Positions 16,450 through 28,758 of a stretch of 64,000 nt of DNA are shown here, piece after piece (the stretch's first letter is position 1; the number at the start of each line of letters is the position of its first letter). Both the position numbers and the translations under genes were made by a program. Below the pieces are notes generated by a model. It searched no databases, was not told where the DNA came from, and was given only the letters and a program-made list of their open reading frames with translations. Source of the DNA: the human T2T-CHM13v2.0 reference genome, Homo sapiens; assembly GCF_009914755.1 (NCBI RefSeq), contig NC_060930.1; one strand, given 5' to 3'.

Positions 16450-17350
16450 TATAATAAGCCACTCAAAAACTCAGCGGTTTAAAACAATACTCATTCATTA
16501 TCACACATCTACAGGTTGACTGGAGTTTGGCTGATCTAGGCTGGGCCCTAGTTGGGCATCTCTGCATCTTACTAAAAGATCGGTTCAGGCAATTCTGTGC
16601 CATATGCATGTGATTCTGGGACCAAAGAGCTTGCTTTGTATGTACTTCTCATGGCAATGATACAGGCACAAGAGAGAAAGCAGAAATATGGGGTCTCTTT
16701 AAGATCTTGGATCTGATTTGGCACACCGTTGCTTCACCACAACCTATTGGCCAAAGCAAGTCACATGGCTAAATTCAAAATCAAGGATTGGGGAAGTATA
16801 CTCCACCAAAGTCCATGGCAAAGGTGTGGATGCTAAGAGGCATGAAGGATTAGGGAGAATAATTCAATGTAGCACAAAACGCTAAATAATACTTCCAAAG
16901 TCATACCCATTGTAGCAGTCAGGGATTCAGTTTGGCTGAATGTAGCAAAAAAGCCAAATAACAGTAGCTTAATAAAATAGGAGTTTATCTTCTCTCATGC
17001 AAAGTCTGGAGATAGCCAGTCAAGAAGCTGATAGGGCTGTTCCATGACGTTACCAGGAACTCAGGTTCCTTTTTCATTTTTGTTCCACCATCCTTAAGAT
17101 GTGACCCTCATGTTTATGTTCACAGCAAGGCTGCTGGAGCTTCAGCCAGCATATTCTCATTTCAAGTAGAAAGAAAAGGAAAGGCAATAGACATAAAATG
17201 GAAGTGCTTTCCCTGACACCTCATCCAGTGATTACACTTACATCTCATTGGCTAGACCATGTCACAGGCCACTCTCACAGAGAAAGAGGTTGAGAGATTT
17301 TTTTTTTTAAAAGAGAACACTGTCATTCCCAACACAGGGTTAAATTAGTA
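16450..17350. mobile_element. Old MaLR LTR remnants (MLT1-type)
   Basis: AAAACTCAGCGGTTTAAAACAA, CTATTGGCCAAAGCAAGTCACATGGC and CTCATTGGCTAGACCATGTCAC motifs. Confidence 0.6.
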
Positions 17351-18822
17351 ACAGAAAGAGAAGAAAACATTGACATTAAGTAGGAATTAACAGTATCAAA
17401 CATACTCAGGGAGTATTTGTGCCAGGATTTGCCCATTAGTTTAAAACTATACTTAATATTATGGTATTATTCTTACCATCTTAAAAGATATTTAATATTC
17501 TAATATATAATATATGCTCATGGAAGACATTTTGGTAGCTATCTTAAAGTATAAAGAAGACAAATCAGCCATAAGCCATTACAAAGTTACAACCACTGTT
17601 AAAATTTTGCTATCTCACCGTCCTTTGGTTGCTTTACCTTGTATACTTACAGTATATTTGTATATCTAAATTGGGTTCATTCTCTACAAATAGCCAGTCT
17701 CATCTCCCTTGTATTTTTAAATTTTGTTTTATAGATCATAAGACAATATATACTCATTATGGAAAAATCTAGAAAAAACAGAAAAGTATAAAGAAATAAA
17801 AGTAATTTACCTATAATTCCATCCTTAGATCTAATTGCTTGCTGTGATTTTGAAAAACTGACCTACACTTTTTGTGCATTATATGTATGTCAATATAGTT
17901 TAAGTCATATTATATAAAAATTTCGCATTTGGCTTTTAACAAATATAAGACAAACACAAGGTTTTTGTTAACATAATTTTAAATACCTGCCTGATATTTT
18001 ACTTAAATAACGTGTTTAGATTTCTAAGGCTGTGCTATTATAAATCTTGTTACTCTGAACATCTATTTTTACACAAGCTTCTTCCACATTCCGGGAACAT
18101 TTTCTAGAAGGCGGAAATAAAATTGTGTTATATTATGATGTGTATTCTTGAGTTTTTGTGTTGATTCATTTCCTAGTAATCAGGGAATGTCCTTAAGCAA
18201 AGCATATTCTGCATATTTGTTTGCAGTTTGAGAAAAATTACTGTTTAAAAATAAAACCTTGTTGTTTGATGCTCTCCTTCTAATGAGTATTTAATCCTTT
18301 TTCACACTTTCACGTCTGAAGGTGGGCCTAACGATATTATCGTTAAGGGATAAAACCTCATTATTTTGACTCGGACACTAATGTGTTCTTATCATGTGCT
18401 TCTTGAATGAGCAGTTTTCTCTTCGGGCATCTTGGAGCGTTCTGTTACAGACTTCCTTTGAACAACGGGACATGAAATAAAACCTCGATACTTTTTACTT
18501 TTGTTTTTTAAAACTAGATACTTTTACAAGAACTCTATTTGCCCAGGATACAGCCCTTCCGTTTTCCCAGCCTCTCCAACTGGCTCCTCCCTCTCCCCCA
18601 CCCCGCTTTCAAAGCCGCCTCATCATTCCCACGCTAGCAAGTTAATATCCTTATTTACGAGAACTTGTGTTTCACAGTCTTAACCACGGAGGTTAAGATG
18701 TCTCTGCCTGAAATTCCTTTGTTTTTAAAGTTTTTCCAGCCCATCTTTTGGGGGAAAGACCCTCAAAGTGGGACCCCGCCCCACCCCCACCTGGCCCCGC
18801 CCCCTCTGGTCCGGAGCCTTCC

Positions 18823-18836
18823 ATCTCCATGGTTAC
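18823..18836. promoter_or_regulatory. RFX X-box
   Basis: ATCTCCATGGTTAC (reverse complement GTAACCATGGAGAT) fits the GTNRCCATGGNNAY X-box of ciliary genes. Confidence 0.7.
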
Positions 18837-18839
18837 GCG

Positions 18840-18935
18840 GCGGTGGCTGCGAGCGCCCAACTGCTCCGACTGTCGCGGTGAGGGCCCCAGGACAGAAGCA
18901 GACAGACACGGCTCCTGCTGTCGATTCCGATCCAG
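18840..18935 (+). other. CFAP206: CFAP206 exon 1 (non-coding; start approximate)
   Basis: Inside the CpG island just downstream of the X-box; donor CAG|GTCAGC after 18935. Confidence 0.55.
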
Positions 18936-19294
18936 GTCAGCCTACTCGGGGCTCCGCGCCCTTGACCCGGAGGCGTACCCCGCCAGGCGGCGAGCTTGGG
19001 GCGGCTGGCGGAGCTCGGGCGGCTGGAGGACCGCGTCCTGCCTCGTCGAGACTTAGCTCTCAGTCTCGATCCTTTAGGCTGCGCCGCCGCAGAGCTGGAA
19101 CAGCGGTTCATTCCTGCCGGAGGCGCCACCCCAGGGCTGCAGGGCTGCCCTCTAGCCTTTGCGCGGGTGCCTGAGGCCTCCCGCTTCTGTTCCGCTCCAC
19201 TGGCTACCGCAGAAGCCGGACCTCGGGAGACTTAGTAATTGGAGGGTGGGTGCAGGGAAGGTGCTGAGCCGCGTCCCTAGCGACCCGGTAGCGG

Positions 19295-19360
19295 CGCGCA
19301 TGCGCACACAGATCCGGAGCGCGACGGACTCTCCCACTGACTGGCACTTGCGCATGCGCT
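19295..19360. promoter_or_regulatory. Two NRF1 motifs
   Basis: CGCGCATGCGCA at 19295-19306 and TGCGCATGCGCT at 19349-19360. Confidence 0.7.
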
Positions 19361-19947
19361 GCCTGTGATCTTGGAGTACTGATTCTAAGCTGTTTTAAGC
19401 GATTCCCTTAAGCCGCGCACTGTTGTAACCACTAAAAACATAGGACTAATTTAGTCCTCACACCTCTGGAAAGAAGTGAAGCAAGTGCCCAAGGTCTCAC
19501 AGCTGGACAGTGGTCGGGTCACCATGGAATCCAGGCAATCTGGTTTCACTGGACAAAATGCCTAGTGCTTCGTACTCATCCATTGGAAAGCTAATAATGC
19601 TGAGGGGTTGGCTTTATCTACCTGATATTGCCTTTGTTATACTCTGCATGCCAACTTCCATTGTGCTTAGTTACTGATATTCAGGAAAATCAGAAAACTC
19701 GATCAAAACCTACCACTTTTTCCTTATAGTAAATGCTTTTATGTTTTTTATCGAGAGTCTGAACTCTATTTTAGATGTGCGGAAAAGATCATTTTAATGA
19801 TCTGAGCAAGAATTGTTTTCCAAGATTCTAGTACAGTTACGAAGGGTCATTTAATGAATGTGGTGGAATAAGCATTTCTCCTTTTAAAGCTGTACTCTTG
19901 GGTTTCTCATTAATTTTACCTCCCTCCCCTACAAATACTGCTTAGCC

Positions 19948-20233
19948 TTTTTTTTTTTTTTTCTGAGACACAGTTTCGCTCTTGTTGCCCAGGCTGGAGT
20001 GCAGTGGCACCGCAACCTCCGCCTCCCCGGTTCAAACGATTCTCCTGCCTCAGCCTCCCAAGTAGCTGGGATTACAGGCGTGTGCCACCACTCCCGGCTA
20101 ATTTTGTATTTTTAGTACAGACGGGGTTTCTCTGAGTTGGTCAGGCTGGTCTCGAACTCCCGACCTCAGGTGATCTGCCTGCCTTGGCCTCCCAAAGTGC
20201 TGGGATTACAGGCGTGAGCCATCGCGCCCAGCC
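19948..20233 (-). mobile_element. Alu with a small internal deletion
   Basis: TSD TGCTTAGCCTTTT on both sides. Confidence 0.95.
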
Positions 20234-20558
20234 TGCTTAGCCTTTTTTTTTTTTTAAATTAAGAATATCATGATAGGAATATATGTTTAGTGACCATAAT
20301 TTAAATAATTGAAAATGTTATTTATCAAATGTTTCAATTATTTGAAATCCCAATCGTTGTCTGTCTTCAATAAAGTCCTTCATTTTTAAAAATAATGAAA
20401 AACAGGAGAGGCCTAGATACTAATAAAAATGCTAATAAGCTAATAGATGATATTATGACTGTTTACAAATACAATATTGCAGAAATCAAAAGAGGAAAAA
20501 AATAAATTTGCATAAAACCACGGTTTTTTTAAAAAAATTGTTGTTTTATTTAGCCAGA

Positions 20559-20666
20559 ATGCCTCCAACTCAGGCCGAAAGTGTTATAAGGAGTATTATA
20601 CGAGAAATAGGACAAGAATGTGCAGCCCATGGAGAGATTGTTTCTGAAACTCTGATTGCTTTTATG
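20559..20666 (+). CDS. CFAP206: CFAP206 exon 2, first coding exon (aa 1-36)
   Basis: MPPTQAESVIRSIIREIGQECAAHGEIVSETLIAFM; acceptor TTTAG at 20553; donor ATG|GTAAGA. Confidence 0.97.
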
Positions 20667-21303
20667 GTAAGAAGAAATATTTTTGTGATTACTATTTTAT
20701 TAAGAGGTTTTTTAAGATGTGGTGTCCATTTTCCCCGTTAAATTCTGTGAGGCTTTCATAAATGTTTTTCAGTTGAAGCATAACGAGATAATTGGACAAA
20801 TTTGTGAAAACATTTTTAAAAAGTTTATAGAGCATGTGAGTTCTAGATTTATAGAGACATTTAGAAGACCTTGATGAGTTTTGGAAACATCAATAATATT
20901 CTCCTGTGTGGGAATTTTTTGACGTGTATTTTTGTTTGCCGTTGTTAAAAATTACTCATTGCTGTGGTTTCTCTGTTCTTGCTTTTGGTTAACAATACAC
21001 AATAAAAATACAATAAAATATACCATAGTTTCCCAATTGAAAACCTAGCCATTGCTTTCAACTTATTTCCCCATATAACTTTTCTAGCACCATATTCAAG
21101 TTTGATGTTTGTTGCTTCCTTTTTTCAACCTCTAACAAGGGTACTGATGAGTTCAGTAATAAGAAGAATAGTTGGAAAACCAACCCCAACGTAATCAAGA
21201 GGTAGTTGTTTAAAAAATGGAAACATATTAAGCTAATAATATGAAATAAAATTGCTTAATGGATTCTTTCCTAGTTAATGGACTCGTTCCTACTTTTTTC
21301 TAG

Positions 21304-21387
21304 GTGAAAGCTGTTGTCCTGGATCCAAGTAATGGCTTTAACATGGATAGAACCCTCATGAAAAGTGATGTGCAGAATCTTGTTAAG
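21304..21387 (+). CDS. CFAP206: CFAP206 exon 3
   Basis: TAG|VKAVVLDPSNGFNMDRTLMKSDVQNLVK|GTGATT, phase 0-0. Confidence 0.96.
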
Positions 21388-21984
21388 GTGATTACCCAAC
21401 AGTCCTCAAATTTGCAGTTACTTATTCTCAGTTGTAAATACAATATTTGTATTAGTCATTATTGCCTTCAGCTGCATGAAACAAAAGCCCACAAAATAGT
21501 AGTATACACGAGGTATTTTTCTCATAACACAAAATCTGGAGAGACATAGACCATTCTTCCTGGCTTCCTGGGGCACACCATCCTTGCAATATGGTCATCT
21601 GGTGGTCAAAAGATAGCTACCCTGCCTCTAGGCAGAAAGAAGGGGGAAAGACAAAGGGCAAAATATGTGTGCCAATTGGGTCTATCACCTTCTATCCAGA
21701 AAATAATAATTTTCCCAGAATCCCTCCCATCTACTTAACATTTATTGACCAGAATGATATTGTAAGTGACCCAGGGACATTCACTTCTTTTTTCTTTCTT
21801 AGATGAATAAATCCTTGCCCCAATCCAAATTGAGGCTCTGTTAGTAAGGAAGGAAGGGCAGGGAAATTGGGCAGGTAGCAGCATCTGCTACAGTATTTTA
21901 GTGAAACCTTGTTACTAATCTCTTACATTGCAAACATTAACTAGTTTGTCATATACTGTGAAGTTAAATAGAACTAAATTAATT

Positions 21985-22657
21985 TGCATTTCTGTAATGC
22001 TGAGTGATGTTGAGCATTTTTTTCATGCTTTTTGGTGATTTGTATGTCTTCTTTTGAAAAATATCTATTCATGGCCTTTGCCCACTTTATAATGGGGTTA
22101 TTTGTTGTTGTCGAGTTGTTTGAGTTCCTCGTAGATCCTGAATATTAGTCCTTTGTCAGATGCATAGTTTGTACATATTTTCTCCCATTCTGCAGGCTGT
22201 CTTTTCACTCTGTTGATTATTCATTGATGTGTAGAAGCTTTTTAGTTTATTTAAATCCAATTTGTCTATTTCTGTTGCATTTACTTTTAAGTCATGAATT
22301 CTTTGCGTAGGCCAATGCCCAGCCCCCTAGGTTTTTTTCTGTTATTTTTATAGTTTCAGGTCTTACATTTAAGTCTTTAATCAATCTTGAGTTGTTAATT
22401 TTTGTATATGGTGAGACATTGGGATGGGTTTCATTCTTCTGCATATGGTAATCCAATTTTCCCAGCACCATTTATTGAATAGGATGTCATTTCTCCAGTG
22501 TATGTTTCTGTTGACTTTGTCAAAGATCACCTGACTGCAGGTATGTGGCTTTGTGTCTGGATTTTCTATTCTGACAATGAGATACAATCTTACACCAGTT
22601 AGAATATCTTTAAAAAGTAAAAACATAACAGATATTGGTGAGGATGCAGAGAAAAGA
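21985..22657 (-). mobile_element. L1 fragment with inversion (minus 21985-22573, plus 22574-22657)
   Basis: ORF2 C-terminal homology ([33 protein letters not shown]), then an abrupt strand switch to ACAATGAGATAC...GGTGAGGATGCAGAGAAAAG. Confidence 0.8.
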
Positions 22658-23349
22658 TGGTATAAAGCTTGTTCTTAGCAATAGGGGAAGTGATTGTGGC
22701 AGTCAGAAATTTTATTGGAAAGCCGTGGAAGAGAATCCAGGAGGGGCAGAAAATAAGTTGTTCTCCTTGTCATGACCCAAGAAGAGTTTTCCATTCCCCC
22801 CAATTCCCCAACTCAACTAAGTTGGAAAGAATCAAGCCAATATACTTTTAGTACGACAGGTACATAAACTAACAACATATGTTATATTCAAGTGACAATT
22901 TTTTTCTCAACTAAAAATCATGTGGATGAGCTATTTTTTTAAGTGTGCATTTTAGAACAGTACTTCTGTATGTGGAGGGATCCAGGTGCACAGGCTTCTG
23001 CAAAGACATAGTGTCCAATCCTCAGTCTTGCATTCTCCCCTCCCTCCTCCCAGGAAAGCAGGGCTGGTGCTCAGGGAGATGGGTTGAGAGTGATGCTGCC
23101 AAGTGCCTGCCAGCTGCAGTATATTCAGCCTACAGAGTGAGCAGTGAAGGAAGTGGGGGAGGGAGGTGACCAGTAGAGATGAGAGAAGGAAAGAAAAACT
23201 GAGGTTGATATTCAATATAAAGAGGCAAGGCAGAGAAGGGGAATGAGCCATCTATGTGGGGGCTCATAGGAGAAAACAGACCAGGAGAAGAAATATCAAG
23301 GGTAGAACCAGAGAAATTTTGTGAAGAGAGGGGGGTGGTTGCAGCAGCT

Positions 23350-23673
23350 TTTTAATTTTAATTTAATTTAATTTAATTATATTTTATTTTTTGAGACAGA
23401 GTCTCGCTCTGTCCCCCAAGCTGGGGTGCGGTGGCATGATCTTGGCTCATTGCCATGTCCACCTCCCGGGTTCTCAAGCGATTCTCCTGTCTCAGCCTCC
23501 CGAGTAGCTGGGACTACAGGTGTGTGCCACCATGCCTGGCTAATTGTTGTATTTTTAGTAGAGACGGGTTTCACCATGTTGACCAGGCTGGTCTCGAACT
23601 CCTGACATCGGGTGATCTGCCCACCTCTGCCTCCCAAAATGCTGGGATTACGGGTGTGAGCCACTGCACCAGC
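23350..23673 (-). mobile_element. Alu
   Basis: Antisense Alu; TSD TGCAGCAGCTTTT. Confidence 0.95.
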
Positions 23674-23917
23674 TGCAGCAGCTTTTTATAAAATAAAATG
23701 AGGAGTGTTGTTCAAGGCACAAATAAATAGTAATGAGGAACTCTAGAAGAGTTTTAGACTGGAATATAAGCTTTGTGGAACATTTACCCACATTTAGACT
23801 GCTCAAACTAACCAAAACATCAGGTTTCTTGCCTTCAACTAGACTACTAGCCACCTGGCATGATGATTATTGGTTAACTCAAGGGAAATAACTTATTACT
23901 TAACAAATGTTATTGGT

Positions 23918-24342
23918 AGTAAAGATATGGAATCAACCTAAGTGTCCATCAACAGATGATTGGATAAAGAAAATGTATACACACATACACACAATGGAGT
24001 TCTATTGAGCCATAAAAAATAATGAAATCATGTCTTGTGGCAACATGGATGGAACTGGAGGCTACTATCTTAAGTGAAATAACTCAGAAAGTAAAATACC
24101 ACATGTTCTCACTTATAAGTGGGAGCTCAATAATATGTACCCAGGGACATAGAGAGTGGAACAGTAGACATTGAAGACTTGGGAGGGTGAGAGGGGAGCG
24201 AGGGATAAGAAATCACTTAATGGGTACAATGTCCACTATTCAGGTGTTAGCTACCCTAAAAGCCCAGGCTTCACCACTACACGCAATATATCCATGTAAC
24301 AAAATGACACTTGTACCCCCTAAATCTATAAAAATAAAAAAA
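23918..24342 (+). mobile_element. L1 3' end (L1MA/PB-like)
   Basis: ATGGAATCAACCTAAGTGTCCATCAACAGATG...ATGTTCTCACTTATAAGTGGGAGC...A tail; flanked by GTTATTGGT. Confidence 0.9.
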
Positions 24343-24525
24343 GTTATTGGTTAAATAAACTATAAAGCCTGAAGTCCTCAAGGAGAAAAAAAAAATAAAA
24401 GGGGTTATTGGTGAATCAATATCAGGAACCACTGCTTTTCCCTTTATTTTTGAAAATAACTTTAGGAAATACTTGACTGTCTCAAAAACTATAACTAGAA
24501 GTATTCATGGGACATTCTTTTCTAG

Positions 24526-24616
24526 CTTTGTATGACTCGGCTATTGGATACTAAAAATCCATCCCTGGACACTATTAAGATGCAAGTCTACTTCGATATG
24601 AATTATACGAATCGAG
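24526..24616 (+). CDS. CFAP206: CFAP206 exon 4
   Basis: TCTAG|LCMTRLLDTKNPSLDTIKMQVYFDMNYTNR+G|GTAATG, phase 0-1. Confidence 0.95.
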
Positions 24617-25026
24617 GTAATGTATACTACCTATTTTTATACTTAAAAAATTTCATACTGTGTTTCAGCTAAGAAGGGCTTCATTTGGTTGACAATGAAT
24701 TTAATTGTTTAATCAATTTAACAATTTAATTTTTGGCAATCAACTTTGAGGAATACAACAATGTTAGAAATGCTAAATGAAAAAAAACCATTGGCCTTTG
24801 TGAGTGTTAAAAGTGAATTCCAATTATTGTGCTCATAATTATTGTTTCCAGTGGCACTAATACATAATAATTAGGAATTCAGCCCATTGAAGTTAAAAGT
24901 TTTTAATTTATAGATTTTCTTGTTCCTGGTTTATGTTATTATCTCATTATAATTACCTAAATTATGTAACTATTCAAAAATGAACGATGGGGAGTTTAAG
25001 TTTAGAAAACGTTTCAATATGTAAAT

Positions 25027-25317
25027 TTTTTTTGAGACAGAGTCTTGCTCTGTCACCCAGGCAGGAGTGCAGTGGCACGATCCACAGATCACTGCAACCT
25101 CTGACTCCCATGTTGAAGCAATTCTCCCACCTCAGCCACCCGAGTAGCTGGGACTATAGGTGTGTGCCACCATGCCCAGCTAATTTTTGTATTCTTAGTA
25201 GAGACGGGATTTCACCATGTTGCCCAGGCTGGTGTCGAAATCCAGGCCTCAAGCGATCTGTCTACGCCTTAGACTCCCAAAGTGCTGGGATTATCAGTGT
25301 GAGCCACCATGCCTGGC
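25027..25317 (-). mobile_element. Alu (AluJ-like)
   Basis: Diverged antisense Alu. Confidence 0.9.
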
Positions 25318-26404
25318 TCATTATGTAAATAATTTAATGCATACATCAAAGACAAGTTGGAAACAAAAGAAAAAGGAAAATGTAATTCTCTATGGACTGC
25401 CTCTGCACCTGCTATATAAAACAAGTCTATTTCTCTATGGACTACCTCTACCTCTACTGTATAGTACAATCATTATTAACAATTTGGTGATGTTTCTCTT
25501 TGTTAGTTTCAGTTATGCTACCTATGTAAAAGTATATATCTTGCGTTTTTGCTTAATAGTGAAATTTTAAAGCAAGAAATAGTCATATAATTGATAAAAT
25601 TTAACCTATAGATTTTTAAATTTGTTATTTAAACATATTTTTAATTTGCAAAAAGTTCTCAGTTGGTTTTGTGGCAAGGGTATAGGTATAAACTGTGCGT
25701 GGTGGATATGTTAATTATTGACCTTGTAATAGTAATATGGGTTGTCTTATAGAGTCATTGCAGAATTGTACTTGCAACAACTCAGGGAACATAGTGTCCT
25801 GCCAAAGTGAAGCCTGTCCCTCAGCATATCACAGGAGGAATGAGGAGGGATACAGTTCTCGATGCAACATCGTATTATCAATAATGCTTTTCAGAGGAAA
25901 TTTATCTAGAACTGAAATAAAAATACACGTAACCGAAAGGAACATATATACTACATATATATTTCTGCTACTATATATGCTTATGTATAGTATACTACAT
26001 GTGCTTACATATAGCATAAATATATAATATGTATATATTTATTTTTTCATATAGTATTAAAATTAAAATATATAATATATATTTTGTAGAAATGGTCTTC
26101 TTTATTTTCTGCTTAATTGGGAGGTTTTAGCCTTTTCTGATATCTCCTGTTTAGTTTGGCTGTTTAAAGTCTTAGGTGTTTTGACAAAGTATTCCATTTA
26201 AGTCACTGTAATAAATCTTCCCTCCTGGATTTTTGTCTTGAGGCTACATGCTGGCCACTGTTTTTTATTTCATTATTACAGCTTAAGAAATTACTTGTTT
26301 TCCTGAAGTAGAATTGCCATATCCAATCCAGTTTTTCTCTAGTTCTTACGTAAGAAGAATTCTAAAAATTAAATATATAGAACATTGTTATTTGGCAATT
26401 TTAG

Positions 26405-26593
26405 TGGAATTTCTCGAAGAACATCACCGGGTCCTAGAGTCTAGATTAGGCTCTGTTACCCGAGAAATTACAGATAACAGAGCATGTGCTAAAGAAGAAT
26501 TGGAAAGCCTCTACCGGAAGATTATCAGCTATGTGTTACTCCACTCTGGCCTTGGATCCCCTACAGACATCAAGACTGTCAGAGAGGTAACAG
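26405..26593 (+). CDS. CFAP206: CFAP206 exon 5
   Basis: TTTAG|(V)EFLEEHHRVLESRL...DIKTVREVT+G|GTAAAA, 189 nt, phase 1-1. Confidence 0.95.
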
Positions 26594-27387
26594 GTAAAAA
26601 GTATAACCAATTTCCATTTCATAAGTGAAAATATATGGTCATTGTATTTTATAAAACATGTTAAATTAGAAGTGTTAAAGATTGAAGTTCCCTTTTTATC
26701 TGAAAAAAAAAAAAAAATCAGCACAAATGAGTTAAAATGTACCCAGTCTCCTTTTACACTGTGTATCCATTCTAAAACTCAAGTAGCACCTCTAGAAAGT
26801 GAAATATTGCTAATTTTCCTAGAGCTGTACATATCTAGGCACCTATTACACCCCATTAGAGAAACATTGATAGTAGGATTGAGGGTACCAGGCTGATTGA
26901 GTAAATGGAAAAGCTGAAAACGGATATTTCATATTGATGAAAGAAATTGAGTCTGTCATTTAAAATGGGTGATGGAATGGGGCACCATTTTATCCTTAGG
27001 AAGTCTTTGCCCTCTTTCATCCTTTAAAATGAGGAATAGGAAAAATGTCTAGCTCTCCTATGGCTTTCTTCCATAATTATTTTAAAGCATCCATTTTTTG
27101 GCTCAGATCCCTAATTAGAAAGCTTGTTTTCATGCCCATTGCCAAAAAGTTACTGCTGGATGCTTAATTATTAAAAATGGACATGAGGCAATGGCATAAC
27201 TCTCAGTAATCCAGCTTTGATGCGTGATAAGTTTTATTATGTATCCTATAATCAGGTATCAGTAATTTAAAGAATCATATAAGTAACTCAGACCCTTAAC
27301 TTGCTGCTAAAGAAAAACGTTATTTAACGTCTGATATCTTTATTCTATCATTTTGTTTTCCTTTTTTTTTTTTCTGGTTTATTTTAG

Positions 27388-27546
27388 CTGCTCTACAGAG
27401 TGTTTTTCCTCAGGCAGAGCTTGCGACATTTCTAACTCTTTCTAAGAAGGACAAAGAACGCCAGCTGAAAGAACTCACCATGATTGTTACTGGAATTCGT
27501 TTATTTAACAGAGACTGTGGAAAAGGAGGAGAAGGCATTGATGATT
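27388..27546 (+). CDS. CFAP206: CFAP206 exon 6
   Basis: TTTAG|(A)ALQSVFPQAELATFLTLSKKDKERQLKELTMIVTGIRLFNRDCGKGGEGIDD+T|GTAGGT, 159 nt. Confidence 0.95.
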
Positions 27547-28474
27547 GTAGGTATATCATTAGATTAATTCTAAAGGTTATGTATGTTTAAAATTTAACTT
27601 GCACAGTGAGGAAAATAATAAACAACACACCACTGGCATTCTTAAATTTAAGATTTGCATTTTTTACTGTTTCCTTAAGAATAACTACTGTTTATAATGT
27701 GTAGTGATTTTTACTTTTGCTGGGGCAAGACTTTACATTTTATGTACCATGAAGCTAGTAGGAGAAAGTGAATCAGTGAAAGCAATGAAGGGTCCTGCTC
27801 AAAGCTAACCTCCCAGTTCAGCAGGGCTTTGTGTTCATTACTGCAAGTCCGTAACCAAAAGGGAGTACAATTTAGTTATTTAAAAAATAAAAATCTTCCT
27901 GAAAACAGTTCCTGGTGCAGTTAATGGAATGAAAAGATCCACGAGGAGATATTTCAAATCTCTAAATTCGGGGGCATTTACTTTGTGGTTATATACTTAA
28001 TGCATTCTTTATAAGTTTGAAAGTACTTATGAAATATTTAATGAAGTACCTACCAGTAGAAGTAACTTCCTTATGAAATTTGGTACTCCTGTAGGCCCAC
28101 TGATAAGGTGTTAGTGTCTTTCACCAAATCACTAATCTAGTATAAAAGGGTAATTTTTTCTATTTTAAAAACTGTTCTAAAAAGTCAAATTTCCATTTTC
28201 ATAAATGACCCTCCCTTGCTAGACTATTCTGTCATTTTTCACCATCCAGATGAGTTTCTTAACAAACGTTCCTTTTTTTTTTTTTTTTTAATAACTAGAA
28301 AAGAAGATATACAAAAGGAAGGGTCAGTGGCTTTTCTGGAAGCACATGGTTAACAACACATAATACCAAACTCTGCCTATTCTCTGAACTCTTCTATATT
28401 TAGTGGCAAAAGCTGACCTACTGTAACTGGGTTATCATTCTGTTAATATCTTTTGTTTGAACTTGTTTTAGATT

Positions 28475-28758
<284 letters not shown>

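Larger units (their letters stand above)
18770..19420 (+). promoter_or_regulatory. CFAP206: CpG island / CFAP206 promoter
   Basis: Only non-Alu CpG-dense, GC-rich block; GC boxes CCCCGCCCC at 18774 and 18795; lies 1.1-1.8 kb upstream of the start-codon exon. Confidence 0.9.

Noticed and set aside
18665-19368. 169-aa and overlapping ORFs in the CpG island
   Set aside because: Long frames arise from stop-poor GC-rich sequence; low-complexity Pro/Arg/Ala/Gly content, several with non-ATG starts, no recognisable domain
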